64,000 bases of DNA from an uncultured delta proteobacterium (GCA_963775425.1 CAVZJB010000005.1:672001-736000), one strand, 5' to 3'. Shown: positions 46,234-56,992, counted from the stretch's first letter. A program made the numbers and translations. Notes: generated by a model from the sequence alone, not told the origin.

Positions 46234-49200
46234 CCCTGAACGACCGCGGGCGCGACGATGAGGGCGCCACGGCTGAGGGCGCCGCCGCCCGCAACGTCGT
46301 CGTCGTCGCCGGGGCGGGGACGGGGAAGACGCACGCGCTCGTCGAGGCGTACCTGGAGTGTCTCCTCGGGCTCGACGACGCCGCGCGCCCGCGCTCGCCC
46401 GAGCAGGTCCTCGCCATCACCTTCACCGAGAAGGCGGCCGCCGAGATGCGCGCGCGGGTGCAGCGCCGCCTCGGCGACCTGATCTTCCAGACCGCGCGCG
46501 AGGAGACGCTCGCCGCGCGCCTCGAGGCGCAGCGCGGGCGCGGCGGCTTCGACGTCGACACCCGCGTCCTCGAGGGGCTGCGCCGCGCCGTCAGCGGCGC
46601 CCCGATCCACACGTTCCACGCGTTTTGCGCGCGCGTGCTGCGCGACCACGCCCTCGCCGCCGACCTCGATCCGGCGTTCTCCATCCTCGAGCCCGACGAC
46701 GAGCGCCGCCTCCTCCACGAGAGCGCCGAGGCGTGCGTCCTCGACGCGCTCGCCGCCGGCGCGTCTCGCGGCGTCGCGGAGCTGGTCGCGCGCGTGGCGC
46801 TGCGCGGCTTCGGCGAGCGCAAGGGCCTCGTCGAGTGCCTGGTGGACCTCCACGGCACGCTCGCCGAGCGCGGCTTGTCCGCCGGGGACCTCGGGCTCGC
46901 CGCCGACGCCAGCGGCGGCGTCGACGACGCGCTCGTCGCCATCGACACCGCCCTCGACGCGGTGCGCGCCCGCGCCACCGGCAACGGCGTCGCGCGCTGC
47001 GCCTTCGTCACCCACGCCAAGGCCGCGCTCGTCGCTGCCTGGGCCGACACCTCGGACGACCCGGAGCCCCGGGTGGCCCGCGCCTTCACCGAGCTTCGCG
47101 ACGCCGCCGGCGGCAACTGGGGCGGCAACCGCGTCGCCGAAGAGCGCAGGAGCCTCGTCGCCGCCGTCGACGCCGCCGGCGCCGCGCTCGTCGACGCGTT
47201 CACGCGCAATCTCGCGCCGGTGGTGCGCGAGCTGCTCGTCGCCCTCGACGAGCGGCAGCGGCGCGAGAAGCAGGCCCGCGGCTTCCTCGCGTTCGGCGAT
47301 CTCCTCGTGCGTACGCGCGACCTCCTCGCGTCGAGCCCCAGCGTGCGCGCGCGGGTGAAGGGGCGCTTCGCGCGCGTGCTCGTCGACGAGTACCAGGACA
47401 CGAGCCCCGTGCAGGAAGACGTGCTCGCGCTGCTCCTCGAGGATCCGACGCGCGGCGCGCCGCTCGCCTCGAGCGTCCGCGCGCCCGGCGGCGCGGCCAC
47501 GCTGCTCGGCGCCGTGGCGCTCGGCGCGGGGCGCGGGTTCCTCGTCGGCGACCCCAAGCAGAGCATCTACGGCTTCCGCGGCGCCGACGCCGGCGTCTTC
47601 GGGCGCGCGCTCGACGTCGTCGCGGCGTCGCCCGCGGGCGAGCGCCGGGAGCTGGCGGCGTGCCGCCGATCCCTCGCGCCGGTCGTCGACGTCGCCAACC
47701 TCGTGGCGTCGGTGGCGCTGCCGCGCGGCCGCTACGGCGTGGACCCGGCGCAGATCGTCCCGCTCGCGGCCGTGCGCGGCGGCGACGGCGCGGCGGGCGA
47801 GCACTGGCGCGTGGCGCCGCTCGAGGAGACGGGCGGCGCAGGGGAGCAAGCGGGACCGCGGCTGTCGCCGCACGAGCTCGAGTCGCTCGTGGTGGCGCGC
47901 CGGCTGCGCGAGCTGTTCGACGCCGGCGTGCACGCGCCTCGCGACGTCGCCGTGCTCGTGCGCCGCGGCAAAGCGGCGGTGCCGTTGGCGCGCGCGCTGT
48001 CGCGCGCGGGGATCCCGTCCGTCGTCGTCGGCGGCGACGGCTTCTACCAGCGCCCCGAGGTGAGCGACGTGGTCGCCGCGCTCACGCTCGCCGCCGATCC
48101 CACCGACGAAGTCGCGCTGTGGACGGTGCTGCGCTCGCCGCTCGTGGGCGTGCCCGACGACCAGATCCTGGCGCTGTACGCGCAGCTCGAGAAGGCACGC
48201 GGCCTCACCTGGGAGCGCGCGCTCGTCGCCGCCACCCGCACCGACGCGATCCACGCCGACGTGCGCGAGCGCTTGCGCGCGTTCGGCGCCGTCCTCACCA
48301 CCGTGCAGAACCGGCTGCACGAGCCCGCCTTCGATCGCACCGGCCTCGCGCGCGCAGTCGACACGTTGCTCGACGACGGCGGCTACGCGGCCGCCTGCGC
48401 CGTCGAGCGCGACGCCGCGCTGCGCCTGCGCAACCTGGAGAAGCTGCGCGCGCTGGTGGAGGGGAAGCGCGAGAGCGCGCTGGTGGCGCTCGCGCGTCTG
48501 GCGTCGTCCGTCGACGAACAGCCGCCGGAGCCGTTGGCGGCGGCGCTCGACGGGCCCGAGACCGAGGCGGTGCGCATCATGACCATCCACCAGGCGAAGG
48601 GGCTCGAGTTTCCCGTCGTGGTCCTCGCCGACGCCGGCTCCGGCCTGCGCGGCGAGACCGACGACGTGTGCTTCGACGCCGCCGCCGGCCTCGCCGTCAC
48701 CGCCCGCGGCCGGCCCATCGCCGCGTGCGCGCAGAAGGCCGCGCGCGCTTCGGGCTCGCTGTCGGCCACGGCAATCCAACGCGTGCGCCGCGCGCTGCGC
48801 GAACGAAGCGAGTGCGAGCTCGCGCGCCTGCTCTACGTCGCCGTCACGCGCGCACGCGACAAGCTCTACGTCGTGGGCGCGCCGCGGCGAAAGGGCGCCG
48901 GCTCGCTCCTGGGCATCCTCGACGTCGTGCGCGCGTCGGACACCCCGCGCTTCGACGCGTTGCTGCCGCGCATCGAGGTCGTCCCCACGGTGGCACCTCG
49001 CGCACCCGCTCCGGTCGTCCCCGCCGGCGAGGGCGCCCCCGCCGGCGAGGGCGCCCCCGTCCGCGAACGCCCCGCGGAGGGGCTGGCGTCGCAGGCCCCG
49101 GTTGCGTCGGCGCGCCGGCGGCTGCGCGCGTCGGACATCGGGCGCGCGCTCGAGCGTCAGCCGGGCTTGTTCGGGCAGGCGTCGTCGCCGGGGTTCGAGG

Positions 49201-49754
49201 CCGTCGACGAGCGGGACCGGCTGCCGCCCCGCGTGGCCGGTCGCCTGGCCCACGCCGTCATCGCCCTCGTCGCCACCGAGGCCGCGCCGCTGGTGCGCGC
49301 CGAAGGCGACGACGCCGGCTCGCTGCGCGCGGTGATCGGGCGCGCCGCGCGCGCCTGCGGCGTCGCCGACGCGCCCGCCTCGCTGCTGGAGCGCTGTGAG
49401 GCGACGCTGCGCGGGCCGGTGCGCGCGCTCCTCGCCGCCGGGCTCGCGCTGTCGTTCGAGGAGTCCGTGCGGCTCGAGCGGGGCGGCGTCGTCGTCGAGG
49501 GGAAGGCCGATCTCGTCGCGCGCGGCGCGGCGCAGACCGTCGTCGTCGAGCTCAAGCTCGCGGAGGCGCGCGCGCGGGGCGACGCGGCCGCCCTCCAGGT
49601 CAGCAGCTACGCGGCCTCGCTCGAAGAGCGCGGGGCGCCGGGGGTACACATCGCTACGTGGACCCTCGGCGACGAGGCGCCGTCGCCGGCGACGCCGTTC
49701 GGCCGCGCGCTCAAGGGCAAGCTCGAGCGCGCCCTCGGCGCCCTCGGGGCCTGA
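46230..49754 (+). CDS. addA: AddA-like UvrD helicase-nuclease
   Basis: AGAGTGKT, ITFTEKAAAEM, VDEYQD, GDPKQSIYGFRGA, TIHQAKGLEF, LYVAVTRA; C-terminal GKADLV..VELK..QVSSY. Confidence 0.85.
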   Translation: MTLNDRGRDDEGATAEGAAARNVVVVAGAGTGKTHALVEAYLECLLGLDDAARPRSPEQVLAITFTEKAAAEMRARVQRRLGDLIFQTAREETLAARLEAQRGRGGFDVDTRVLEGLRRAVSGAPIHTFHAFCARVLRDHALAADLDPAFSILEPDDERRLLHESAEACVLDALAAGASRGVAELVARVALRGFGERKGLVECLVDLHGTLAERGLSAGDLGLAADASGGVDDALVAIDTALDAVRARATGNGVARCAFVTHAKAALVAAWADTSDDPEPRVARAFTELRDAAGGNWGGNRVAEERRSLVAAVDAAGAALVDAFTRNLAPVVRELLVALDERQRREKQARGFLAFGDLLVRTRDLLASSPSVRARVKGRFARVLVDEYQDTSPVQEDVLALLLEDPTRGAPLASSVRAPGGAATLLGAVALGAGRGFLVGDPKQSIYGFRGADAGVFGRALDVVAASPAGERRELAACRRSLAPVVDVANLVASVALPRGRYGVDPAQIVPLAAVRGGDGAAGEHWRVAPLEETGGAGEQAGPRLSPHELESLVVARRLRELFDAGVHAPRDVAVLVRRGKAAVPLARALSRAGIPSVVVGGDGFYQRPEVSDVVAALTLAADPTDEVALWTVLRSPLVGVPDDQILALYAQLEKARGLTWERALVAATRTDAIHADVRERLRAFGAVLTTVQNRLHEPAFDRTGLARAVDTLLDDGGYAAACAVERDAALRLRNLEKLRALVEGKRESALVALARLASSVDEQPPEPLAAALDGPETEAVRIMTIHQAKGLEFPVVVLADAGSGLRGETDDVCFDAAAGLAVTARGRPIAACAQKAARASGSLSATAIQRVRRALRERSECELARLLYVAVTRARDKLYVVGAPRRKGAGSLLGILDVVRASDTPRFDALLPRIEVVPTVAPRAPAPVVPAGEGAPAGEGAPVRERPAEGLASQAPVASARRRLRASDIGRALERQPGLFGQASSPGFEAVDERDRLPPRVAGRLAHAVIALVATEAAPLVRAEGDDAGSLRAVIGRAARACGVADAPASLLERCEATLRGPVRALLAAGLALSFEESVRLERGGVVVEGKADLVARGAAQTVVVELKLAEARARGDAAALQVSSYAASLEERGAPGVHIATWTLGDEAPSPATPFGRALKGKLERALGALGA

Positions 49755-49835
49755 GGCCCGCGCGGACGTCGACAACGCGGCGGGAGGGATTCCGGCGGGG
49801 TGTCGTGCCGCGGGGTGCCCTGCTAAAGAAGATGG

Positions 49836-51266
49836 ATGCGTAAGCCGCTGCCGCCGGGGTTCGCGTCGAGGCTCGAGCAGATCGTCGGGTCGCGCTACGC
49901 GCTCACCGATGACGAGGCGCTCGGCCGCGCCAGCCGCGACGAGACACCGAACCTCACGCCGTCGCTGCCGGACATCGTGGTGCGCCCCGAGGACGCCGCC
50001 CAGACCGCCGACGTCGTGCGCGCCTGCGCCGAGGCCGGCGTCCCCGTCACGCCGCGCGGCGCGGGCTCCGGCAAGTCCGGCGGCTGCGTGCCCGTCGACG
50101 GCGGCGTCGTCCTTCAGCTCGACCGGCTCGCGTCCATCACCCGCATCGAAAAGGGTGACGGCACCTGCACCGTGGAGCCCGGCGTCATCCTGGAGACCCT
50201 GCAGCAGGCGGTGGAGGCGGAGGGCATGTTCTATCCGCCCGACCCGGCGTCGCTGTCGATGTGCACCATCGGCGGCAACGTCGCCGAGAACGCGGGCGGC
50301 CCGCGCGCGCTCAAGTACGGCGTCACCAGCACCTACGTCCTCGGCCTGGAGGCGGTGCTCCCCACCGGCGAGCGGATCAAGACCGGCAAGGCCACCACCA
50401 AGGGTGTCGCCGGCTACGACCTCACGTCGCTCCTCGTCGGCAGCGAGGGCACGCTCGCGGTCATCACGTCGGTCACGCTCAAGCTGTTGCCCAACCCGCG
50501 GTACGTGCAGACGGCCATCGCGGTGTTTCCGTCGTCGGAGCACGCGGTGAAGGCCACGAGCGCGGTGCTCGCCGCGGGGATCCTCCCGCGGACGCTCGAG
50601 TACCTCGACAAGGACTCCATCGCCGCCGTTCGCGCGCTCAACCCGCCGTACCGCTTCCCCAAGGACGCCGGCGCGGCGCTGCTGCTCGAGACCGACGGCG
50701 AGAGCGAGGCCGGCACGCTCGAGGCGCTCGAGCGCGCCTTGCAGGTCTGTTCGGAGCACGGCTCGCTCGACGCGCTGCTCGCCGTCGACGCGCGGCAGCG
50801 GCGCGACATCTGGCAGAGCCGCCGGTTGTTGTCCGAGGCCACGCGCAAGATCAAGAAGCGCAAGGTCTCCGAGGACATCGTGGTGCCACGGAGCAAGATC
50901 CCCGAGATGGTCGCGCGCACGGGCGCCCTCGGGGAAAAGCACGGACTGGCGACCTGCAGCTTCGGCCACGCCGGCGACGGCAACCTGCACACGCAGATCC
51001 TCTTCGACGACGAGAGCGAGCTGCCGCACGTGGACGCGCTGCTCGACGACCTCTTCGCGACGGTCATCTCGCTCGGCGGCACCATCACCGGCGAGCACGG
51101 CGTGGGGCTGTCGAAGAAGAAGTACCTGCCGCTCGAGCTGTCGCCGGACGTGCTCGCGCTCTCGCAGCGCATCAAGGACGCGTTCGACCCCGCGGGCATC
51201 CTGAACCCCGGCAAGTTCCTCCCCGACAAGATCGCGATGCGCGCGGCCAAGAGGGCGGCGACGTGA
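49836..51266 (+). CDS. glcD: FAD-linked 2-hydroxyacid oxidase/dehydrogenase (GlcD / D-lactate dehydrogenase family)
   Basis: PRGAGSG.SGG, YPPDPAS, GGNVAENAGG, GSEGTL, GHAGDGNLH, GEHGVG, LNPGK. Confidence 0.85.
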   Translation: MRKPLPPGFASRLEQIVGSRYALTDDEALGRASRDETPNLTPSLPDIVVRPEDAAQTADVVRACAEAGVPVTPRGAGSGKSGGCVPVDGGVVLQLDRLASITRIEKGDGTCTVEPGVILETLQQAVEAEGMFYPPDPASLSMCTIGGNVAENAGGPRALKYGVTSTYVLGLEAVLPTGERIKTGKATTKGVAGYDLTSLLVGSEGTLAVITSVTLKLLPNPRYVQTAIAVFPSSEHAVKATSAVLAAGILPRTLEYLDKDSIAAVRALNPPYRFPKDAGAALLLETDGESEAGTLEALERALQVCSEHGSLDALLAVDARQRRDIWQSRRLLSEATRKIKKRKVSEDIVVPRSKIPEMVARTGALGEKHGLATCSFGHAGDGNLHTQILFDDESELPHVDALLDDLFATVISLGGTITGEHGVGLSKKKYLPLELSPDVLALSQRIKDAFDPAGILNPGKFLPDKIAMRAAKRAAT

Positions 51267-51388
51267 TCCCGGCGGTGCTCGAAGGCGTCCACAGCGCCAC
51301 CGGCCTCGCCGTAGACAACGCCGCCCGCACGTTGTGGGTGCTCGACGACGCCCGCGTGTCGATCTTCTCGCTCGACGACGTCCCCTAG
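51263..51388 (+). CDS. 41-aa ORF resembling a single beta-propeller blade (possible gene remnant)
   Basis: GTGA overlap with the glcD stop; ATGLAVDNAARTLWVLDD..VSIF. Confidence 0.35.
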   Translation: MIPAVLEGVHSATGLAVDNAARTLWVLDDARVSIFSLDDVP

Positions 51389-51426
51389 AGAAGTGATCCG
51401 CATAGCGGAACAGGGTCAGCCGAGCC

Positions 51427-51460
51427 CGCGCCGGGTCCCGCCGGCGACGGGCCTGGCGCG
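51427..51460. terminator. Hairpin between convergent genes
   Basis: cgcgccgggtcc...gggcctggcgcg stem with G-U pairs. Confidence 0.4.
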
Positions 51461-51492
51461 CGTGCCCAGAGGGCAGCCCGACGTCGACCGCC

Positions 51493-52797
51493 TCAGGCCA
51501 TGCGCTTGGCGTCCGAGGGACAGTTCGGGTGCTGCTTGATGAGCGTGCGCAGGTGTTGCTGCCGCTTGACCACCGGCTGCCGCATCAGGTGCGCGAGCAC
51601 CGGCGGCGGCGTGGCGCCGAAGCGCGCGAGGTTCTGGATGAGCAGCGTCGACGTGTAGGTCTTCTGGCACAACAGCGACGTGGTCTGGCTGTCGAAGGGC
51701 AGGCCGGTGAGCTGCTGCAGGCAACGCCCCTCCGTGGTGAACACCAGCCCGGCGCGCTCCTCGCCGTCGGAGGTGGACCACTTGCTGCGCAACACGTAGC
51801 GCGACTTCTGCCGGTTCCGCTCGGGGATCTCGCGGTTGATGGTGACCTTGTAGACCTCGGCGAGGCGCTTGCTCTGCAACAGCCGCTTGAGCTGCGGCTC
51901 CTGCAACATGGTGTTTTGGAGGAGGAAGCGCTGTACCTGCAGGTCCCGGAAGAACTCGGCTCGCGCGATGATGACGTCGAGGCCCTGCGGCGTGCGGTGG
52001 TGCCGCGCGACCATGCGCGCGTGCGCCATGCCCGCGCGTGAGTTGTCGAAGATGCCGCGGATGACGGCGGGCAGGGGATCGAAGCACAGCGCCATCAACT
52101 GCGGGTCCTGGCCCGAGTGCGCCATGGCTTCCCGCTCCGGCGCCTCGAGCTTGCTGAGCGTCTCGTTGAAGAGCTTGCGGTAGTTGGCCTCCTCGGCCTC
52201 GCCCTTGCCGTCCGGGCTCTTGTCGTCGTCGCTCTTGCCGTCCCCGCTGTTGTCGTCCCCGCTGTTGTCGGGGCGGTCTTCGTCGTCGGTGGCGTGCGCG
52301 CGGTGCGGGCGCTCCGGCTCCTCCGGCGCGTCAATCTGTGCCTCGGGGGCGTCGGGCAGCGCGACGTCGGCCGGCACCGAGGCCAGCGCAGCGGGCGGCT
52401 CCATCTCCTCGGTGGCGCCGCCGCCGATGTCGTCGTCGCCGTCGATGGTGTTGTCCGCGAGGATGGCGCGGAGCTCCTCCGGGCTGATCTCGTCGATCTC
52501 GGTGACCGAGGACCCGCCGCCGCCGCGGTGCTGCGGCTCGGGTGGCTGCGGCGGGCGCGCGGCGCGCGCGGGGCCCACCGACGGCGGCGGCTCCGCCGCG
52601 GCAGCCTCGATGGCGCCCTGGCGCACGAGCTTGTGGACGATCTGCTTGACCCGCCCCTCAGGCAGGCCGGTGACGTGCGCGAGGTTGGTGACGGACGTGA
52701 AGCCGTCGATGCGCGAGAGCACGAACCCCTCTTCGCCGGTGAGGTTCAAATCCTCCGTCTTGGCGTCTGGCTTCGGCTTCGGCTTCCACTCGGTCAC
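51493..52797 (-). CDS. Hypothetical protein: N-terminal winged-helix-like domain, acidic linker, helical-repeat C-terminus
   Basis: EEGFVLSRIDG..VTGLP..LVRQGAIE; acidic Pro-rich linker; helical C-terminal domain ending HPNCPS. Confidence 0.75.
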   Translation of the reverse strand: MTEWKPKPKPDAKTEDLNLTGEEGFVLSRIDGFTSVTNLAHVTGLPEGRVKQIVHKLVRQGAIEAAAAEPPPSVGPARAARPPQPPEPQHRGGGGSSVTEIDEISPEELRAILADNTIDGDDDIGGGATEEMEPPAALASVPADVALPDAPEAQIDAPEEPERPHRAHATDDEDRPDNSGDDNSGDGKSDDDKSPDGKGEAEEANYRKLFNETLSKLEAPEREAMAHSGQDPQLMALCFDPLPAVIRGIFDNSRAGMAHARMVARHHRTPQGLDVIIARAEFFRDLQVQRFLLQNTMLQEPQLKRLLQSKRLAEVYKVTINREIPERNRQKSRYVLRSKWSTSDGEERAGLVFTTEGRCLQQLTGLPFDSQTTSLLCQKTYTSTLLIQNLARFGATPPPVLAHLMRQPVVKRQQHLRTLIKQHPNCPSDAKRMA

Positions 52798-52899
52798 GCG
52801 CCCCAGCTTACCGCCGACGCCGGTGTGTGTGGAATCGTGAGACGTTCATGGGACAGGGATCACGCTCGTTTGCAGGACCCGGGCTGGTACCTTGATCGC

Positions 52900-54159
52900 A
52901 TGCTGCTGTCTCGACTGCGCGCCCTCCGCATCCCGCGTCCCGTCGGTGTCCGCCTGCGCCAGGCAGCCGCCGTCACGCTCCCGGTGGCGGCCGTGGCCGC
53001 CGCCCTCTCCCTGAGCAACGCGACGGGACAGCGCTTCTTTCCGCCGGATCCGCCCACGCCGTCGCCGTACATCATCGCCCCCGCCGCCAACTCCGTGCCC
53101 GGCGCCTGCCAGGTGGGCGCGCTCGTCACCGACGGCGGCGCCGCCCGTGGCGACGTCCTCCTCCGCCTCGCGCGCGTCACCGCCGAGGGCAGCGCCGAGG
53201 TGTGGCAGGCCATCACCGACGGCACCGGCGTGCATCGCTTCCTCGATCTCCCGGCGGGCAGCTATCAGCTCACGGCGCTCACCGACAATCGCGCGCCCGC
53301 CGCCGCCGACTTCCGCTGCGGCGGTGACGACGGCCGCGCCTTCCTGACGCTCGACCTCGTGAGAGCCGACCACGTGTTGTCGGGGCGCGTGACGTCCAGC
53401 GGCGGCGCCCCCGCGCCCGGCGCCGAGATCGCCATCGGCCAGGACGTCGACGCGCGCACGTCGCTGGCAGGCACGGCGCGCATCCCCGTCGACCAGGACG
53501 GCTCGTTCCACGTGCGCATGGCGCCGGGCGACTACGTCGTCCTCGTGCAGGCGCCCAACCACGCGCCGCTCCTGCGCAAGCTGCACTTCGACGGCAGCGC
53601 GCCCGCCTCCGTCGCGCGCTTCACGCTGGTGCCCACCCCGCACGTGCGTGGCCGCGTCGTCGACGAAGACGGCGCTCCGCTGGCGGGCGCGCGCGTCTCG
53701 GTCGGCGGCATGTTCGACCCGACCCAGCGGGTGGCGAGCGTGACCACGGATGCGGACGGCACGTTCTCGCTCCCCGTCGCCGACGGCCAGGACGTCGACG
53801 TCACCGCCCACTCGGCGAAGGGCCTCGTGGCGCGCGTGTCGCTCGGCGTCGTCCACGGCGCGTACGGTCTCAGCGGCGTCAACGTCGTCGCCCGCGCCGG
53901 CCGCGCCGTCGAGGGCGTGGTGATGAAGCCCGACGGCTCCGCGTGGTCGTTCGGCGAGGTGCGCTACCGCGTCCGCGATCTCGGCCTCACCGGCGTCGAG
54001 AAGGCCGACGCCGACGGCCACTTCGTCGTCGACGGTATGCCCACGGACGCCGACGTCGAGGTCTGGGCCGAGGGCAACGCCAGCGGCGCGTGGGGGGCCC
54101 AGGTGGCCAGCCCGGGGAACAATCGTCTCGCGCTCGTGTACACCCCTCCCGCGTATTGA
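52900..54159 (+). CDS. Membrane-anchored protein with tandem carboxypeptidase-regulatory-like (beta-sandwich) domains
   Basis: N-terminal TM; repeated GRVVDEDGAPLAGARV / TTDADGTF / LPAGSY motifs. Confidence 0.8.
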   Translation: MLLSRLRALRIPRPVGVRLRQAAAVTLPVAAVAAALSLSNATGQRFFPPDPPTPSPYIIAPAANSVPGACQVGALVTDGGAARGDVLLRLARVTAEGSAEVWQAITDGTGVHRFLDLPAGSYQLTALTDNRAPAAADFRCGGDDGRAFLTLDLVRADHVLSGRVTSSGGAPAPGAEIAIGQDVDARTSLAGTARIPVDQDGSFHVRMAPGDYVVLVQAPNHAPLLRKLHFDGSAPASVARFTLVPTPHVRGRVVDEDGAPLAGARVSVGGMFDPTQRVASVTTDADGTFSLPVADGQDVDVTAHSAKGLVARVSLGVVHGAYGLSGVNVVARAGRAVEGVVMKPDGSAWSFGEVRYRVRDLGLTGVEKADADGHFVVDGMPTDADVEVWAEGNASGAWGAQVASPGNNRLALVYTPPAY

Positions 54160-54233
54160 CGCAGCGCGCGCCCGACGCCGGGCGGTGACAGGGCCATGAC
54201 GGCACCCGGACCCGAGGTGCCTATTGTATCGAC

Positions 54234-55349
54234 ATGAGCACAACGAGAGTCCGCTTCACCGGCGGTTCGCCGTTCCTCGCAGACGTGCGCCAACGGGTCG
54301 ACGCGCACTTCGAGCGGAGCGGACTCGCGACCACCGCCGACGGCGCCATGCGCCGAAAGACCGTCGTGTGGCTCGGGCTCGCGGTTTCGCTCTTCGTCGT
54401 CGCCGCCGGCGCGCTCGTGCCGTTTCCGTTCTCGCTCCTGGTGTGGTCGGCGCTCGGCTTCGTGCTCGCGGGGATCGGCTTCAACATCGGCCACGACGCC
54501 ATCCACGGCAGCTACTCGAAGACGCCCTGGGTGAACCGCGTGCTCGCGCGCACCTTCGACGTCATGGGCGCGTCGGCGGACACCTGGGAGGTGTCGCACA
54601 ACCAGGTGCACCACAGCTTCACCAACATCAAAGGGCTGGACGCCGACCTCGAGCCCGGGCCCTTCATGCGCTTTTATCCGCAGGCGACGCCGCCGGCGTT
54701 CGTGCATCGCTTCCAGCACCTGTACGCGTGGCTCCTGTACGGGCTCACCGGCGTCGTGTGGGTCTTCAAGAAGGACTTCGCGCAGCTCCGCTCCCAGGAG
54801 CGCTCCCGCAAGGTGGCGCTCAAGGTGATCGCGGGGAAGCTCGCGCACTTCGGGATCTTCCTCGGCGTGCCCCTCCTCCTCGGCGCGCCGCTGTGGGTCG
54901 CGCTCGTCTCCTACGTGGTGATGCTGGCCACCGCGGGCGTCACCCTCGCCGTCGTCTTCCAGCTCGCCCACGTCGTCGAGGGCGTGTCGTTCCCGGAGGC
55001 GCCCGCCGACGGCGTCATGGACACGCCGTGGGCGGAAAACGAGATGCACACCACCGCGAATTTCGGCCGCACCGCGCTGACGACGTTCATCACCGGCGGC
55101 CTCGATCACCAGATCGAGCACCACCTGTTCCCACGCATCTGCCACATCCACTATCCGGCCATCGCGCCCATCGTCGAGGCATGCGCGCGTGACCACGGGT
55201 TGCCGTACACGCACAGCGGGAGCTTCCTGCAGGCGCTCTCGTCACACGCCCGCCTCCTGAAGCGACTCGGAGCGGGAGAAGATGTCTGCGCCGACGACGA
55301 GGCGCGACATCGGCCGGTGATGGCGGTTGACGACGCCAGCCTCGCGTGA
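54234..55349 (+). CDS. Membrane fatty-acid (acyl-CoA/linoleoyl-type) desaturase
   Basis: His boxes [20 protein letters not shown]; FQLAHVVE. Confidence 0.9.
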   Translation: MSTTRVRFTGGSPFLADVRQRVDAHFERSGLATTADGAMRRKTVVWLGLAVSLFVVAAGALVPFPFSLLVWSALGFVLAGIGFNIGHDAIHGSYSKTPWVNRVLARTFDVMGASADTWEVSHNQVHHSFTNIKGLDADLEPGPFMRFYPQATPPAFVHRFQHLYAWLLYGLTGVVWVFKKDFAQLRSQERSRKVALKVIAGKLAHFGIFLGVPLLLGAPLWVALVSYVVMLATAGVTLAVVFQLAHVVEGVSFPEAPADGVMDTPWAENEMHTTANFGRTALTTFITGGLDHQIEHHLFPRICHIHYPAIAPIVEACARDHGLPYTHSGSFLQALSSHARLLKRLGAGEDVCADDEARHRPVMAVDDASLA

Positions 55350-55363
55350 AACGTCGAAGATCC

Positions 55364-56992
55364 ATGGCGCCTCGAAAAACGAAGCTCATCTTCATCACAG
55401 GCGGCGTGGTCAGCTCATTGGGGAAGGGAATCACCGCGTCGTCCCTGGGCGCGCTTCTCGAGAACCGTGGCCTCGACATCAGCATCCTGAAGCTCGACCC
55501 GTACCTCAACGTGGATCCGGGCACCATGAGCCCGTTTCAGCACGGCGAGGTGTTCGTCACCGACGACGGCGCCGAGACGGACCTCGACCTGGGGCACTAC
55601 GAGCGCTTCACCCAGGCCACGCTGAGCAAGCTCAATTCGGTGAGCGCCGGGCAGATCTACTCGCGCGTCCTCGAGGCCGAGCGGCGCGGCGACTACCTCG
55701 GCAAGACCGTCCAGGTGATCCCCCACGTCACCGACGAGATCAAGCGCGCCATCAAGGCCTGCGCGAGCGCGGCCGGCCGCGGCGGACACGATCTGTTGAT
55801 CGTGGAGATCGGCGGCACCGTCGGCGACATCGAGTCGCTCCCGTTCCTCGAGGCGGTGCGCCAGATCAAGGCCGAAGAGGGCGCCGACAACGCCATCGCC
55901 ATCCACGTCAGCTACGTCCCCTTCATCAAGAGCGCCGGCGAGCTCAAGTCCAAGCCGACGCAGCACTCGGTGAAGGAGCTGCTCTCCATCGGCATCCAGC
56001 CCGACGTGCTCGTGCTGCGCAGCGACATCGCCGTCCCCCGCGACATGAAGCAGAAGATCGCCCTGTTCTGCAACGTGCCCGTGGAGGCGGTGGTGTCGTG
56101 CCCGGACCTCGAGACCATCTACGAGGTCCCGCTCTATCTCCGCAAAGAGGGGCTCGACGATCAGGTCACCGAGCTCCTGAACATCTGGAGCCGCGCCCCG
56201 CGCCTCGAGCGCTGGGAGAAGATCGTCGAGGCGTTCAAGGAGCCCAAGCACGAGGTCACCATCGGCATCGTCGGCAAGTACGTGGACTTGAAGGAGAGCT
56301 ACAAGTCCATCAACGAGGCCATGGTCCACGCCGGCATCGCCCACCGCACCAAGGTGGTGCTCAAGCACATCGACGCCGAGGAGATCGAGGTCAAGGGACC
56401 CGACCAGGCCCTGGCCGGCTGCCACGGCATCCTCGTCCCCGGCGGCTTCGGCGAGCGCGGCACCCAGGGGAAGATCGCGGCGGTGAAGTACGCGCGCGAG
56501 AGGAAGGTGCCCTTCTTCGGCATCTGCCTCGGGCTGCAGATCGCCGTCATCGAGTTCGCGCGCCACGTCGCCGGCATCCCCGACGCCACGTCCGAGGAGA
56601 TCTCACCCGACGCCGACAACAAGGTGATCCACATGATGGAGCACCAAAAGGGCATCCAACGCAAAGGCGGCTCCATGCGCCTCGGCGCCTATCCGTGCGC
56701 GCTCAAGGCCGGGTCGCTCGCGCGCCGGGTCTACGGTGTCGACGAGGTCAACGAGCGCCACCGGCATCGCTTCGAGGTGAACAACGCCTTCCGCGGGCAG
56801 CTCCAGGACTGCGGCATGGTGTTCTCCGGCCTCTCGCCCGACGGCAACCTCGTCGAGATGATCGAGGTCCCGAACCACCCCTTCTTCATCGGCTGCCAAT
56901 TCCACCCGGAATTCCTCTCGCGGCCCTACAAGCCCCACCCGCTGTTCGCCTCCCTCGTCGAGGCCGCGCTGCGGAACAAAGGCCTGCGCTGA
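55364..56992 (+). CDS. pyrG: CTP synthase
   Basis: [50 protein letters not shown]. Confidence 0.98.
   Translation: MAPRKTKLIFITGGVVSSLGKGITASSLGALLENRGLDISILKLDPYLNVDPGTMSPFQHGEVFVTDDGAETDLDLGHYERFTQATLSKLNSVSAGQIYSRVLEAERRGDYLGKTVQVIPHVTDEIKRAIKACASAAGRGGHDLLIVEIGGTVGDIESLPFLEAVRQIKAEEGADNAIAIHVSYVPFIKSAGELKSKPTQHSVKELLSIGIQPDVLVLRSDIAVPRDMKQKIALFCNVPVEAVVSCPDLETIYEVPLYLRKEGLDDQVTELLNIWSRAPRLERWEKIVEAFKEPKHEVTIGIVGKYVDLKESYKSINEAMVHAGIAHRTKVVLKHIDAEEIEVKGPDQALAGCHGILVPGGFGERGTQGKIAAVKYARERKVPFFGICLGLQIAVIEFARHVAGIPDATSEEISPDADNKVIHMMEHQKGIQRKGGSMRLGAYPCALKAGSLARRVYGVDEVNERHRHRFEVNNAFRGQLQDCGMVFSGLSPDGNLVEMIEVPNHPFFIGCQFHPEFLSRPYKPHPLFASLVEAALRNKGLR

Noticed and set aside
43174-49754. Helicase + nuclease pair as an anti-phage defence system or Cas4
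   Set aside because: Size, order and Fe-S nuclease fit housekeeping AddAB; native codon usage and no defence-island context
45912-51098. 1728-aa antisense ORF, and similar long shadow ORFs (30210-32390, 33189-35837, 56886-59636, 15613-17895)
   Set aside because: They mirror well-supported genes on the other strand. Stop-poor frames are expected at this GC content and the translations have no motifs.
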